Origin: an uncultured virus (IMG/VR IMGVR_UViG_3300043473_000028)
Lineage: Duplodnaviria > Heunggongvirae > Uroviricota > Caudoviricetes
IMG/VR virus record: IMGVR_UViG_3300043473_000028
Direction: 5' to 3' (one strand)
DNA length: 64,000 nt
Under the pieces are notes generated by a model, which did not search any database, had not been told where the DNA came from, and worked only from the letters and a program-made list of their open reading frames with translations. Both the position numbers and the translations under genes were made by a program. Positions 9,148 to 18,449 of this stretch are shown in pieces. Positions within the stretch are counted from its first letter, which is position 1, and every line of letters begins with the position of its first letter.

Positions 9148-9400
9148 ACTGCCGACGTTCATGCAGCCCACGGTGGGCAACGTCTACCCCATCAGCGGCG
9201 GCTACGGGCGCAAGGCGGGCCACGTCATGGTGCTGCTGGCCATCACCAAGAACAACGGGGCGCTGATGCTGATCATTGACCGTGAGGGTGACCCGGTGGG
9301 CGTCACCAGCTACGGCCTACACGCCATTGAAGAGCGCTGCCCGGTGGCGTTTGTGCCGGGCCTTGAAGACCTGAGCCTGATGATGGAACCGCTGCCGTGA
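9128..9400 (+). CDS. Hypothetical protein
   Basis: AGGA SD before ATG 9128; coupled to next ORF. Confidence 0.6.
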   Translation: MRINLTELPTFMQPTVGNVYPISGGYGRKAGHVMVLLAITKNNGALMLIIDREGDPVGVTSYGLHAIEERCPVAFVPGLEDLSLMMEPLP

Positions 9401-9681
9401 AGCCCATCTGCCTGAAGTGCCAGCGGTTCTACCGCCCCAAGAAGAACGGCTACGCCTTCATAGAGGGCATGCCGCTGGGCGCGTCACCGCCCGGTACGGA
9501 ATACCCTGAGGGCTGGGTGCCGTACAAGCTGTGGATCGGTGATCTGTGGGTCTGCAAGGGCTGCGGCCATGAACTGGTTAGCGGCGTGGCGCGCCTGCCG
9601 CGCGCAGAGCATTATGAGCCAGACTTTGAAGAGAAGGTGAAAAGCTATGCCGGACCCTTGGTTCAAATTAACGACTGCTGA
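9397..9681 (+). CDS. Zn-ribbon hypothetical protein
   Basis: CLKC...DLWVCKGCG. Confidence 0.65.
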   Translation: MKPICLKCQRFYRPKKNGYAFIEGMPLGASPPGTEYPEGWVPYKLWIGDLWVCKGCGHELVSGVARLPRAEHYEPDFEEKVKSYAGPLVQINDC

Positions 9682-9850
9682 GCGGCGGCGCGCTGAGCGC
9701 GCGGCGCACCAGTTCAGTGATGACATCGGCGGGCACGCCAGCAACTACCGCGTGCCGTCCATGGTGCATACCAACATCCAGTCAGAGAGCCCGGTCAAAG
9801 ATGTCACCACGGACGACCGGGCTCTTGTAAAAAAGCGGGGGGGAATATAG
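9647..9850 (+). CDS. Hypothetical protein
   Basis: Short ORF closing the operon. Confidence 0.4.
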   Translation: MPDPWFKLTTAERRRAERAAHQFSDDIGGHASNYRVPSMVHTNIQSESPVKDVTTDDRALVKKRGGI

Positions 9851-9907
9851 GCTGGTTTAGATAGGGGGCCTGCTGATTGTTATGCGTAGGGGCGCAGGCC
9901 CCCAAGA

Positions 9908-9948
9908 GGGCGGCTCACGGCTAGGGAGGGTTGTGGGCCGCCCTTTTT
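9908..9948 (+). terminator. Intrinsic terminator-like hairpin upstream of the inositol synthase gene
   Basis: GGGCGGCTCAC...GTGGGCCGCCC followed by TTTTT. Confidence 0.6.
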
Positions 9949-9971
9949 ATCAGTCAACCAAAGGGTGATCC

Positions 9972-11030
9972 ATGAGAAAGATACGCGTGGCAATTGTGGG
10001 CCTTGGCAATTGCGCCAGCGCCCTGATCCAAGGGCTGGCCTACTACAGCCGCTCAAATATGACGACCGGCCTGATCACGCCCGTGCTGGGCGGCTACACC
10101 CCATCTGACATTGAGGTGGTGGCCGCCTTTGACGTGGTGGACACCAAGGTGGGCCTGCCGATCAACAGCGCCATCTGGTGCCCGCCCAACAACACCATGG
10201 CCATGATTGATAGTGTGCCTGACTGCGGCAAGGTCTACCGGGGGCCCACGATGGACGGTCTGGGTCGCTACCTGCGTGAGGTGGTGGGTGAGAGCATGAC
10301 AGACCCGATAGAGGTTGAGGATGTGCTGGGCAACCTGCGGGTGGACGTGGTGGTCAACTACCTGCCTGTGGGCTCTGAGCAGGCGGCGCGGTACTATGCG
10401 GGCGCTGCGCTACGGGCCAGATGTGCATTCGTCAACTGCATGCCAGCGTTCATCGCCAGTGACCCCTATGAGGCGCAGGCGTGGCACAACGCTGGCGTGC
10501 CCATCATCGGGGATGACATCAAGTCTCAGGTGGGTGCCACCATTGTGCACCGCACGCTGGCGCGGCTGCTGTTTGAACGCGGCTATGTGCTGAAGCGCAC
10601 GTCACAACTGAACGTGGGCGGCAACACCGATTTCATGAACATGCTTGAGAGGGACCGGCTGGTCAGCAAGAAAATCAGCAAGACCGGCGCGGTGACATCG
10701 GTGATGGGCGTGACGCTGCCCGCTGAAGACGTGCACGTGGGGCCCAGTGACTATGTGCCGTGGCTGGGTGACACCAAGGTGGCGCACATCCGGCTTGAGG
10801 CTGAGGGCTTTGGCGGCGCGCCGCTGACCATAGACCTGAAGCTGGACGTGGTTGACAGCCCCAACAGCGCGGGCGTGGTGATGGACGCCATACGCTGCGC
10901 CGCCGTGGCGCAAGACCGTGGTCAGGGCGGGCCCATCCAACCGGCCTGCGGCTACTACATGAAGACGCCACCCGTGCAATATCCAGACGATGAGGCACGC
11001 CAGACGCTGCGCCTTTGGCTTGGGGAATAA
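9972..11030 (+). CDS. ino1: myo-inositol-1-phosphate (inositol-3-phosphate) synthase
   Basis: AIVGLGNCASALIQG, GDDIKSQVGATIVHR, QLNVGGNTDFMNM, SKKISKT, GPSDYVPWLGDTK, DSPNSAGVVMDAIRC, YYMKTPP: the full bacterial-type MIPS motif set. Confidence 0.95.
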   Translation: MRKIRVAIVGLGNCASALIQGLAYYSRSNMTTGLITPVLGGYTPSDIEVVAAFDVVDTKVGLPINSAIWCPPNNTMAMIDSVPDCGKVYRGPTMDGLGRYLREVVGESMTDPIEVEDVLGNLRVDVVVNYLPVGSEQAARYYAGAALRARCAFVNCMPAFIASDPYEAQAWHNAGVPIIGDDIKSQVGATIVHRTLARLLFERGYVLKRTSQLNVGGNTDFMNMLERDRLVSKKISKTGAVTSVMGVTLPAEDVHVGPSDYVPWLGDTKVAHIRLEAEGFGGAPLTIDLKLDVVDSPNSAGVVMDAIRCAAVAQDRGQGGPIQPACGYYMKTPPVQYPDDEARQTLRLWLGE

Positions 11031-11103
11031 ACCTGCCGGGCTAATGGCGAAAGTACTTGCGGTGCGCTAACCTTGGGGCTTCTCAATCAAGAGAGGCCCC
11101 CTG

Positions 11104-12129
11104 ATGTCCATCAAGCCCATCGCCAATGACCACGCAGGTGACTGGCACATGACGCGTTTTGTTGAGTTTGCCCATGCCAAGGCCGCCATCGGTGAGCCCA
11201 CGCCGCACATGCGCGTGGTGGACTACCTGTGCGATGGCCTGAGCCTAGAGGAACAGACGTGGCGGGCGGGCCTGTACCTTGCCGGGTACAGCGTGCTGAC
11301 GGCTGAGGGCATCTGGTCAAGCTGGTCATGGCAGCGCTACCAAGAAGAGGGCCTTGGGCCATTCCTCAAGTGGCTGGTGGCCAACTGGCGGGGCGTGCAC
11401 AAGCGCAAGCCACGGCGCTGCCTGCCCACCCCCATCAAATTTGCCGCGTGCGTGGACAGCTTCAGCCACTGGGCTGAGCATGAGTTCAACCGCCTGCGCC
11501 AGAAGCGCTGGTCTGACCCGCAGGCTGAGTATGATGAATGGTGGCAGAGCGCTGACGGCATCTACCAGTTTGGCCGCTACATCAACATCCGGCTGCTTGA
11601 GTTGATGCGGCGGCGCGGGCACATGGACGCCCACCTGTATGATATCCGCGCGGTGGGGGCGCACAGCCCGATCCGGTGCCTGATGCTGCTGAGGCCAGAG
11701 CGGGTGGACGATCTGATGACCGGTGAGGCTGGCGTGGTCAACGCCATCGCCCAAGAGGTGAAGGCTGAACTGGGCATGGATTTGAGCTACTTTCTATTCG
11801 CCACACTACTGTGTGAGTACCGCAGCGGCTATGAGGGCGGCAAGGATTACGCGGGCAACCAGCACGATGAAGAGCTTGAATACAGCCACAGCCGCTACGC
11901 TGACCACTGGCGCAGCACCGGGCTGCAAAGCCGCCTGTATGAGGCGCGGGCGGCCATAGACCCGCATGAGTGCCTTGGTGAGATACAGGGCTGGCGCAAG
12001 CGCAGGCTGGACGTGGCGGGCTGGCTGCGTAGCCAAGGCGTGGTGTGGGATGACACCAAGTATGACTATCATTCGTCAATCAAGGCTGGCCATCCGGTCA
12101 ACCGCATCTATGCACGTGAGGGCCTATGA
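11104..12129 (+). CDS. Putative aGPT-Pplase2 / amino acid:DNA transferase-like protein (divergent)
   Basis: Helical protein with YQFGRYINIRLLELM and FATLLCEYR..Y.G..Y.G motifs reminiscent of the AADT family; located in the kinase-TS cluster. Confidence 0.6.
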   Translation: MSIKPIANDHAGDWHMTRFVEFAHAKAAIGEPTPHMRVVDYLCDGLSLEEQTWRAGLYLAGYSVLTAEGIWSSWSWQRYQEEGLGPFLKWLVANWRGVHKRKPRRCLPTPIKFAACVDSFSHWAEHEFNRLRQKRWSDPQAEYDEWWQSADGIYQFGRYINIRLLELMRRRGHMDAHLYDIRAVGAHSPIRCLMLLRPERVDDLMTGEAGVVNAIAQEVKAELGMDLSYFLFATLLCEYRSGYEGGKDYAGNQHDEELEYSHSRYADHWRSTGLQSRLYEARAAIDPHECLGEIQGWRKRRLDVAGWLRSQGVVWDDTKYDYHSSIKAGHPVNRIYAREGL

Positions 12130-12323
12130 GTGTTCTAGTGGATGGGGAAACCCTACAGCAATACCTTGGCGATGGCGTCTACGCGTCATTTGACGGCTAC
12201 CACATATGGCTGCGGGTTGAGCGTGAGTTTGGTCACGTTGAGCAGATCGCGCTTGAGCCTGACGTGGTGGCCCAACTGGTGGTCTACGCCGACAAGGTGT
12301 ACAACGCAAGGTTAGACGAATGA
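12126..12323 (+). CDS. Hypothetical phage protein
   Basis: YLGDGVYASFDGYHIWL...IALEPDV; coupled. Confidence 0.7.
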   Translation: MSVLVDGETLQQYLGDGVYASFDGYHIWLRVEREFGHVEQIALEPDVVAQLVVYADKVYNARLDE

Positions 12324-12586
12324 GCATCCCTGAGAAATTGCGGCAAGCCTACCACAACGATCTGACCGACGTGCCGCTGCTGATTGAGGCGGCCGATGAG
12401 ATTGAGCGGCTGAACGCAAGGGTTGCGCAGCTAGAGGGCCAGATAGAGCGCGGTGTAAAGACCATTGAGCAGTACGATGAGGGTTATAAGCAGGGCTTGG
12501 CTTTTGCAGCGGCAAGATTTGCCGATGAACTTGAAAAGCTGAAAGCCGCGCTTGAGCCAACGTCAGCGCGCCGGGCGGGGTGGTGA
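12320..12586 (+). CDS. Coiled-coil hypothetical protein
   Basis: EAADEIERL motif; coupled. Confidence 0.65.
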   Translation: MSIPEKLRQAYHNDLTDVPLLIEAADEIERLNARVAQLEGQIERGVKTIEQYDEGYKQGLAFAAARFADELEKLKAALEPTSARRAGW

Positions 12587-13149
12587 TGGCCATCGTTCTG
12601 ATCCGGGGGACCGGGGGTTCTGGTAAGTCTTATATCGCCATGCAGGTGATCGCCCGGCTGGGCGGCACCAGCGCGGGCACCACGCTGCCGCTAGGGCCCA
12701 AGGGCAAGATCGGCGCGCACGTCTGGCAAACCCCCCCGGTCACGGTGGTGGGCCGGTATGAGGGCTTTGATTGCGCGGGCTGCGACATGCTGAACGGCTG
12801 GCCGCATGCGCCGGATGATGTCTGCGCCCTGATCAACGCTGAGGCGGCGCGTGGCCAGAACGTGCTGTGGGAGGGTATAACTGTGTCCAGCTACGGCCAG
12901 CCCCGCCTGCTGGCCATGCGTGACCTGACGGTGGTGCAACTGACCACGCCGGTTGAGATGTGCCTTGAGGCGGTGAGGGCGCGGCGGCTGGCCAAGGGCA
13001 ATGCCAAGCCGCTTGACGAATACCATACCCGGCGCAAGCACCGGGGCCTGTACACAACCAGCAAGAACAATCTCAAGCTGGGCATCAAGGTAGAAATGCA
13101 CAGCCGTGAGACGGCGCTGCCGCGCGTTATGGAGCTTTTGGGGCTATGA
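12586..13149 (+). CDS. P-loop kinase, putative 5-hydroxymethyluracil DNA kinase
   Basis: IRGTGGSGKS P-loop, VGRYE..CAGCD, VLWEG, CLEAVRARR lid; immediately upstream of the TS homologue. Confidence 0.75.
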   Translation: MAIVLIRGTGGSGKSYIAMQVIARLGGTSAGTTLPLGPKGKIGAHVWQTPPVTVVGRYEGFDCAGCDMLNGWPHAPDDVCALINAEAARGQNVLWEGITVSSYGQPRLLAMRDLTVVQLTTPVEMCLEAVRARRLAKGNAKPLDEYHTRRKHRGLYTTSKNNLKLGIKVEMHSRETALPRVMELLGL

Positions 13150-13176
13150 CTGAGTGTAATAAGGGGAAAAGCTGAG

Positions 13177-14235
13177 ATGTTCACTATTCACGCCGCTAAC
13201 GTCAATTACGCATGGGTTGATGCCATTGACCTGATCAGGCGGTGGGGCGTGTCAGAAGACAGCCGCGCGGGGCGTGTCAGGGTGATGCCCGGCCCGGTGA
13301 CCACCGTCTATGACCACCCGCGCCAGCGGGTGCTGTTTGACCCTATACGCGATGCCAACCCGATCTTTCACCTGCATGAGGCGCTGTGGATGCTGGCGGG
13401 GCGCAATGACGCGCGCTGGCTTGACCAATTCGTCTCAGATTTCAGCGCGCGCTTTGCTGAGCCTGACGGTTACCAGCACGGGGCCTATGGCTGGCGCTGG
13501 CGCAGGCATTTCACCGACATATCCACACTGACCTTTGACGGCACCGTGGATCAGCTTGACGTGGTGGTTGACATGCTGACGCGTGACCCCGGCACCCGGC
13601 AGGCGGTCATCCAGATGTGGGATGCCGAACAAGACCTTGACCAGCCGTACCTGAAGGACAAGCCCTGCAACACCCACATCTATCTGCGGCTGCGCACCAT
13701 GCCCGCCGACACTGACGGCGCTGGCCCCAGCGGCCCGGTGATGGGTGACGTGCGTGAACTGGACATGGCGGTGTGCTGCCGCAGCAACGATCTGGTCTGG
13801 GGCTGCTACGGTGCCAACGCGGTGCACTTCAGCATTCTGCAAGAGTATCTGGCGGCGCGGCTGGGTGTGCAGATGGGGCGGCTGACGCAGTTCAGCTTCA
13901 ACTGGCACATGTATGACAGCACGCGGCATCTGGCTGACATGGTGGGGGCTGATGACGGCATCAAGGGTGGCTACCCCGGCACCGTGCCGCTGGTGACTGA
14001 CCCCACCAGCTTTGACCGTGAGGTGGCCGCCTACGTGCAGGACCCAAGCCTTGCTACGCTGGGTGAGTTCAAGAACACGTTTTTTATCAATACGGCATGG
14101 CCCATGTACATGGCCAACATTGAGCGCAAGGCGGGCAACGCGGCCAGTTCCGGCAGAGAGTGGGCAAACAGCATTGAAGCGCCAGACTGGCGCAAGGCCA
14201 CATTGGCGTGGCTGGCAAGAAGGGTGAAAAAATGA
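13177..14235 (+). CDS. Thymidylate synthase homologue, probable dUMP hydroxymethylase
   Basis: RDANPIFHLHEALWMLAG, HGAYGWRWR, TRQAVIQMWD, catalytic KPCN, RSNDLVWGCYGANAVHFS (Asn at the dUMP-specificity position), HMY. Confidence 0.85.
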   Translation: MFTIHAANVNYAWVDAIDLIRRWGVSEDSRAGRVRVMPGPVTTVYDHPRQRVLFDPIRDANPIFHLHEALWMLAGRNDARWLDQFVSDFSARFAEPDGYQHGAYGWRWRRHFTDISTLTFDGTVDQLDVVVDMLTRDPGTRQAVIQMWDAEQDLDQPYLKDKPCNTHIYLRLRTMPADTDGAGPSGPVMGDVRELDMAVCCRSNDLVWGCYGANAVHFSILQEYLAARLGVQMGRLTQFSFNWHMYDSTRHLADMVGADDGIKGGYPGTVPLVTDPTSFDREVAAYVQDPSLATLGEFKNTFFINTAWPMYMANIERKAGNAASSGREWANSIEAPDWRKATLAWLARRVKK

Positions 14236-14990
14236 GGATAGGCGGCAATACCAAGACGCGGGCGGGTTTGTTCTGGGATCGTGACTGGCGGCTTGTGCCC
14301 ACCAAGCTGGTGATCGGTGCTGAGGCGCAGGCGTGGTTCACCAAGCGCGGCAGTGACGGCTGGTTCACCAAGACCAACCAGAAGCGCATGGTTGAACTGG
14401 TAGGCGACCGTCTGCCCGATGTGCTGGCCGACATACGCAGGGAATATGACGGCAACCAGCCCATCGGCGGCTTGCTGGCACGGCGGGCCGCGCACTGCGT
14501 GACCGGTGACCTGTACCGCTACGGCTATGATGAGGTGCGCCGCTTTCACGATGAGGCCATATTCAGCCCCACCGTCAACGCCGCGCTGGGCACTGAGAAG
14601 CTGACCTACATCAGGCTGATGCAGCTTCAGCAAGAGCGCACGCGCATCCTGTTCAAAGACCAGTTGGGCGTCTACCTCAGGTGGAATATTGAGATGCCCA
14701 ACTACATCTACGTCGGCATTTCCAAGGACATGGCCGCCCGCCAGAGCGGCCACACCAACCAGCCGTTCTACCTGTTCACGGCGTTCGCTACGGCCAACCT
14801 GAAAGATGCCCAGAACATTGAGGACGCCGCGCACGCATACTTGCGTGAGATAGGTGGCGTTGACGCGCAGGGGGGCAGGGGCGTCTTCAGATTGCCGCCC
14901 CACACCAACGCGCTGGTGCTGACAGAGGCGTATCTGATCAAACAATACAGCGGGTGGTTCAAAAGCATTGGTGAAGGAACAGTAACATGA
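14232..14990 (+). CDS. Protein with a C-terminal GIY-YIG-like nuclease domain
   Basis: GVY...YIYVGISKDMAARQSGH...AQNIEDAAH. Confidence 0.55.
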   Translation: MRIGGNTKTRAGLFWDRDWRLVPTKLVIGAEAQAWFTKRGSDGWFTKTNQKRMVELVGDRLPDVLADIRREYDGNQPIGGLLARRAAHCVTGDLYRYGYDEVRRFHDEAIFSPTVNAALGTEKLTYIRLMQLQQERTRILFKDQLGVYLRWNIEMPNYIYVGISKDMAARQSGHTNQPFYLFTAFATANLKDAQNIEDAAHAYLREIGGVDAQGGRGVFRLPPHTNALVLTEAYLIKQYSGWFKSIGEGTVT

Positions 14991-15268
14991 GCATCTTCAG
15001 AACGGTACGCAAGATCAAGGATTGCGATGACTGCCACGGCAGCGGGCGGGTAGAGGTCAACCCCGGCACGGGTGACGGCGCTGAACAACCCTGCGTGACC
15101 TGCAACGGCACCGGGCGGGTAGAAGTCAGCGTGCGGGCCAACCGGACAAGCGTGCAACAGGCTGAGGCTGCTACCAAGCAGATGAACCCCGGCCCGGCGC
15201 GCAAGGCCGCCAAGGCGCGGCTGGCCGATCCAGAGCCGTCAAAGACAGGGTTCATAGAAGAGGAGTAA
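14987..15268 (+). CDS. DnaJ-type Zn-finger (CxxCxGxG) protein
   Basis: CDDCHGSG and CVTCNGTG. Confidence 0.7.
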   Translation: MSIFRTVRKIKDCDDCHGSGRVEVNPGTGDGAEQPCVTCNGTGRVEVSVRANRTSVQQAEAATKQMNPGPARKAAKARLADPEPSKTGFIEEE

Positions 15269-15277
15269 GCGTAAGTA

Positions 15278-15823
15278 ATGAGTGACCATGTAACTGACAA
15301 CGTGGCCTTTGCCGGGCGCATCAAGCGCTACCATTCTTGGCCCACCATTCAGACCCAGACCGTGGGTGAGCATTGCTGGCAGGTGGCGTCAATCTACAGT
15401 CAGATTTGGGGTGACATACCCACCCCGGTTGAGCGGTTCATCAGGCTGCACGATGCGGCTGAGTTGGTGACGGGTGACATACCCTTCCCCACCAAGGCCA
15501 ACAACCCAGACCTGAAAGCTGAGTTTGGCAAGGTTGAAGACAAGGCGCTTGACGCCTTGGGCATCATCTTGCCCAAGCTGCACCCTGACGTGGTGCGCCG
15601 CGTCAAGATATGCGACCTGCTTGAGATGATGGTCTTTGGCATGGTTGACCGCCAGATGGGCAACCGGCTGGCCATCCCTATTATTCAACGCACCATGAAG
15701 GCGGCGCTGACGCTGGTCAACCAGCTTGATACTGAAGGTGAGCGCAACCGAGTGTATGCTTGGGTAGATCAACAGCAAGAACGGCACCATGCCGTATTGG
15801 CCCAACCAGATGAGGAGAAGTGA
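15278..15823 (+). CDS. HD-domain phosphohydrolase (YfbR-like nucleotidase)
   Basis: IKRYH, TVGEH, LHDAAELVTGDIPFPTK, KICDLLE. Confidence 0.85.
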   Translation: MSDHVTDNVAFAGRIKRYHSWPTIQTQTVGEHCWQVASIYSQIWGDIPTPVERFIRLHDAAELVTGDIPFPTKANNPDLKAEFGKVEDKALDALGIILPKLHPDVVRRVKICDLLEMMVFGMVDRQMGNRLAIPIIQRTMKAALTLVNQLDTEGERNRVYAWVDQQQERHHAVLAQPDEEK

Positions 15824-16434
15824 TGTTGGATAAAGTCAAGACAATACTGGAAGAGCGGCCCGGCAAGCACGGTGAGTTTGCTGAGAACAGCCGGGCTACG
15901 TGGGAAATCATGCGGGCGCTTCAGCATGAGCGCAACTGGTCTACCATGACCGACCAGCAGAAGCACGCCGTCTACATGGTGGCGCACAAGCTGGCGCGCA
16001 TCGTCTGCGGTGACCCGGCTGAGCCTGACCACTGGGATGACATAGCCGGGTATGCCACGCTGGTGGCTGACCGCATCCGCAAGCCTGTGGTGCCCTATGA
16101 CGGCACCGACGTGTACAGCGCGCTGGCGGTGGCGTGGCACGTGCCGCGTGCAGAGGCCAAGGCCCGCGTCCAGCAAATCATGCGGGCGCAGACTGGCCAG
16201 CGCACTGACAGCGCCAACACCATGGCCAAAGACCTGTCAGGCAGGCCCGTCAGCGCGCTTGAGGTGTCTGGGCGGGTGCAGACACTGCCCAAGGGCTCAG
16301 ACACGCCACAGCGGCCCCAGCGGCCCGGCGCGGGCACACCTGAAGACGGTGGCCAGCACGCTGACGCCAGCGTTGACGCCTTGGCTGAAGAACTGCGGCG
16401 TCAGGTTGAGGCTGACCTAGACAATACGGACTGA
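15820..16434 (+). CDS. DUF6378-like (nucleotide pyrophosphohydrolase-like) protein with low-complexity C-terminus
   Basis: ILEERPGKHGEF, HKLARIVCGDP..DHWDDIAGYATL. Confidence 0.7.
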   Translation: MMLDKVKTILEERPGKHGEFAENSRATWEIMRALQHERNWSTMTDQQKHAVYMVAHKLARIVCGDPAEPDHWDDIAGYATLVADRIRKPVVPYDGTDVYSALAVAWHVPRAEAKARVQQIMRAQTGQRTDSANTMAKDLSGRPVSALEVSGRVQTLPKGSDTPQRPQRPGAGTPEDGGQHADASVDALAEELRRQVEADLDNTD

Positions 16435-18449
16435 TGCCCAAGTACAAGAAACGGCGTCACATAGAGGGCCAGTTGGGCATGTTTGGCCCGGCTAGCGACT
16501 GGACGCCACCAGCCTGCCTGCCTGACCTGACGGGCAGGCCGGTGGTGGTGCTTGACTGTGAAACCAAAGACCAAGGGCTGATTGACGGCAAGGGGCCCGG
16601 CTGGGCCTTTGCTGGCCGCAACGGCTACATCTGCGGCGTAAGCTGGGCGGCTGAGGGCAGTAGCGGCTACGCGCCCATGCTGCACCCTGAGACTGAAAAT
16701 TTCACGCCCGATCAGGTGATGCGCTGGGTGACGGCGCTGGCAAGGAACGGCACCAAGCTGCTCTTTCACAGTGCCGCCTATGACTATGGCTGGCTGACGC
16801 TGGCGGGCGCAGCCCTGACAGGGGCGCAGATCAATGACACGCTGGCCGCCTGCGTGCTGACCGATGAGACTGAATACAGCTACGGTCTGGACGATTGCTG
16901 CAAGCGGGTGGGTCTGCCCGGCAAAGATACCCAACTGCTGAAAAACGCCGTTGAGGCGGCAGGCCATGACCCCAAGAAGGCGCGTGAGTTCATCTGGGAT
17001 TTACCGGCCAGATTTGCCGCGCCTTATGCTGAGGCCGATGCCGTGCAGACACTGGGCCTGTGGCGGGCCACAGAGCCGCTGCTGGCAGCGCAGAACCTGA
17101 CGGATGCCTACGTCACTGAGATGGGTCTGGTGCCCATGGTGGTGGCCATGCGGCGGCGCGGCATCAGGCTTGACCTAGACCGGCTACACAGGCTGATCGC
17201 TGAGCTTGGCGCGCGGCGTGACGCGGCGCTGGCTGAGGTGGGTGAGCTTCTTGAACTGAAGCGCGCCGCCAGCATGACTGAGATACGCAGCCCCAAGCAG
17301 ATGAGCATCTGGTTTGAGCGTGAGCGCATCAACTTTCCCCTCACGATCAAGGCAAAGCAGGGCAGCTTCACCAAAGACTGGATGGAAAAGCATGAACATC
17401 CCCTGCCCCGCGCCTGCGCCACTGCCGAATTGTTTGAAGAGGCTATCACCAAGTTCTTGAAGAACTATCTGCTTGGCTACGCGGATGACGGGCGCATCCA
17501 CGCTGAAATCCACCAGTACCGTGACACCACTGGCGGCACGCGCAGCCACCGCTTCAGCTATAGCGAACCGCCCTTGCAGCAAATGCCCAGCCCAGACAAG
17601 CCCGGTGATCTGGGTGCCATAGGCAAGGCCATCCGGGGGTGCTTTCTACCTGAAGAGGGTGAGCGCTGGGTGGCACTGGACTACAGCCAGCAAGAACCCC
17701 GGCTGACCGTGCACTTTGCCAGCAAGGTGGGCGCAGAGGGCGCTGAGGCGGCGGTGCAGCGGTACATTGAGAACCCCCGCACCGACTATCACCAGATGGT
17801 GGCTGAGATGACCAACCGGCCACGGCCGGTAGCCAAGATTTTGAACCTGAGCATGACCTACGGCAAGGGCAAGCGGGCGCTGGCCGATGAGCTAGGCGTC
17901 AGCCTGATTGAGGCTGAGGGCATCCTAGAGGACTACCACAACCGCCTGCCGTTCATCAAAAGCCTTGAAGACAAGTGCCGCAATGCCGCCAGCCAGCGCG
18001 GCTACATCCGGCTGATTGACGGCGCGCGCATGCACTACCCCCAATGGGAAGGCGGCTATCTGGACCCCTACGTGCGCTCAGATGCTGAGATGCGGGGCAA
18101 GAAGGTGACGCCCTGTGACTTGGCCACCGCGCAAGAACGGCAGGCCGATCCTGACCACCCATGGTTTCAAGACCGGCTGCGGCGGGCCGACACGCGCAAG
18201 AGCCTGAACAACCTGATCCAAGGATCGGCGGCGCGGCAGACCAAGCGGGCCATGCTGGCGGTGTGGCGTGAGGGCATCGTGCCGCTTATCCAGTTGCACG
18301 ACGAACTGGGTATCAGTACCCCTGACCGTGCGGTGGCCCTGCGGGTGCAACAGATCATGGTTGAGACAACCCCGCTGGTGGTGCCCACCATCGTAGACCT
18401 AGAGGCAGGCCCCACGTGGGGTGAAGCAAAAGAGGAATGGCATGCCTAA
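16434..18449 (+). CDS. DNA polymerase, family A, with 3'-5' exonuclease domain
   Basis: Exo motifs LDCETK, HSAAYD, YAEAD; RFSYSEPPLQQMP, LDYSQQEPR, AKILNLSMTYGKG, NNLIQGSAA, QLHDEL. Confidence 0.95.
   Translation: MPKYKKRRHIEGQLGMFGPASDWTPPACLPDLTGRPVVVLDCETKDQGLIDGKGPGWAFAGRNGYICGVSWAAEGSSGYAPMLHPETENFTPDQVMRWVTALARNGTKLLFHSAAYDYGWLTLAGAALTGAQINDTLAACVLTDETEYSYGLDDCCKRVGLPGKDTQLLKNAVEAAGHDPKKAREFIWDLPARFAAPYAEADAVQTLGLWRATEPLLAAQNLTDAYVTEMGLVPMVVAMRRRGIRLDLDRLHRLIAELGARRDAALAEVGELLELKRAASMTEIRSPKQMSIWFERERINFPLTIKAKQGSFTKDWMEKHEHPLPRACATAELFEEAITKFLKNYLLGYADDGRIHAEIHQYRDTTGGTRSHRFSYSEPPLQQMPSPDKPGDLGAIGKAIRGCFLPEEGERWVALDYSQQEPRLTVHFASKVGAEGAEAAVQRYIENPRTDYHQMVAEMTNRPRPVAKILNLSMTYGKGKRALADELGVSLIEAEGILEDYHNRLPFIKSLEDKCRNAASQRGYIRLIDGARMHYPQWEGGYLDPYVRSDAEMRGKKVTPCDLATAQERQADPDHPWFQDRLRRADTRKSLNNLIQGSAARQTKRAMLAVWREGIVPLIQLHDELGISTPDRAVALRVQQIMVETTPLVVPTIVDLEAGPTWGEAKEEWHA

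Noticed and set aside
9972..11030. MIPS as evidence of host chromosomal DNA or a prophage boundary
   Set aside because: Flanked by phage genes and shows the same codon-pair avoidance and CAACCAAAGGG leader as phage genes. A stand-alone auxiliary metabolic role is not excluded but fits the gene context less well
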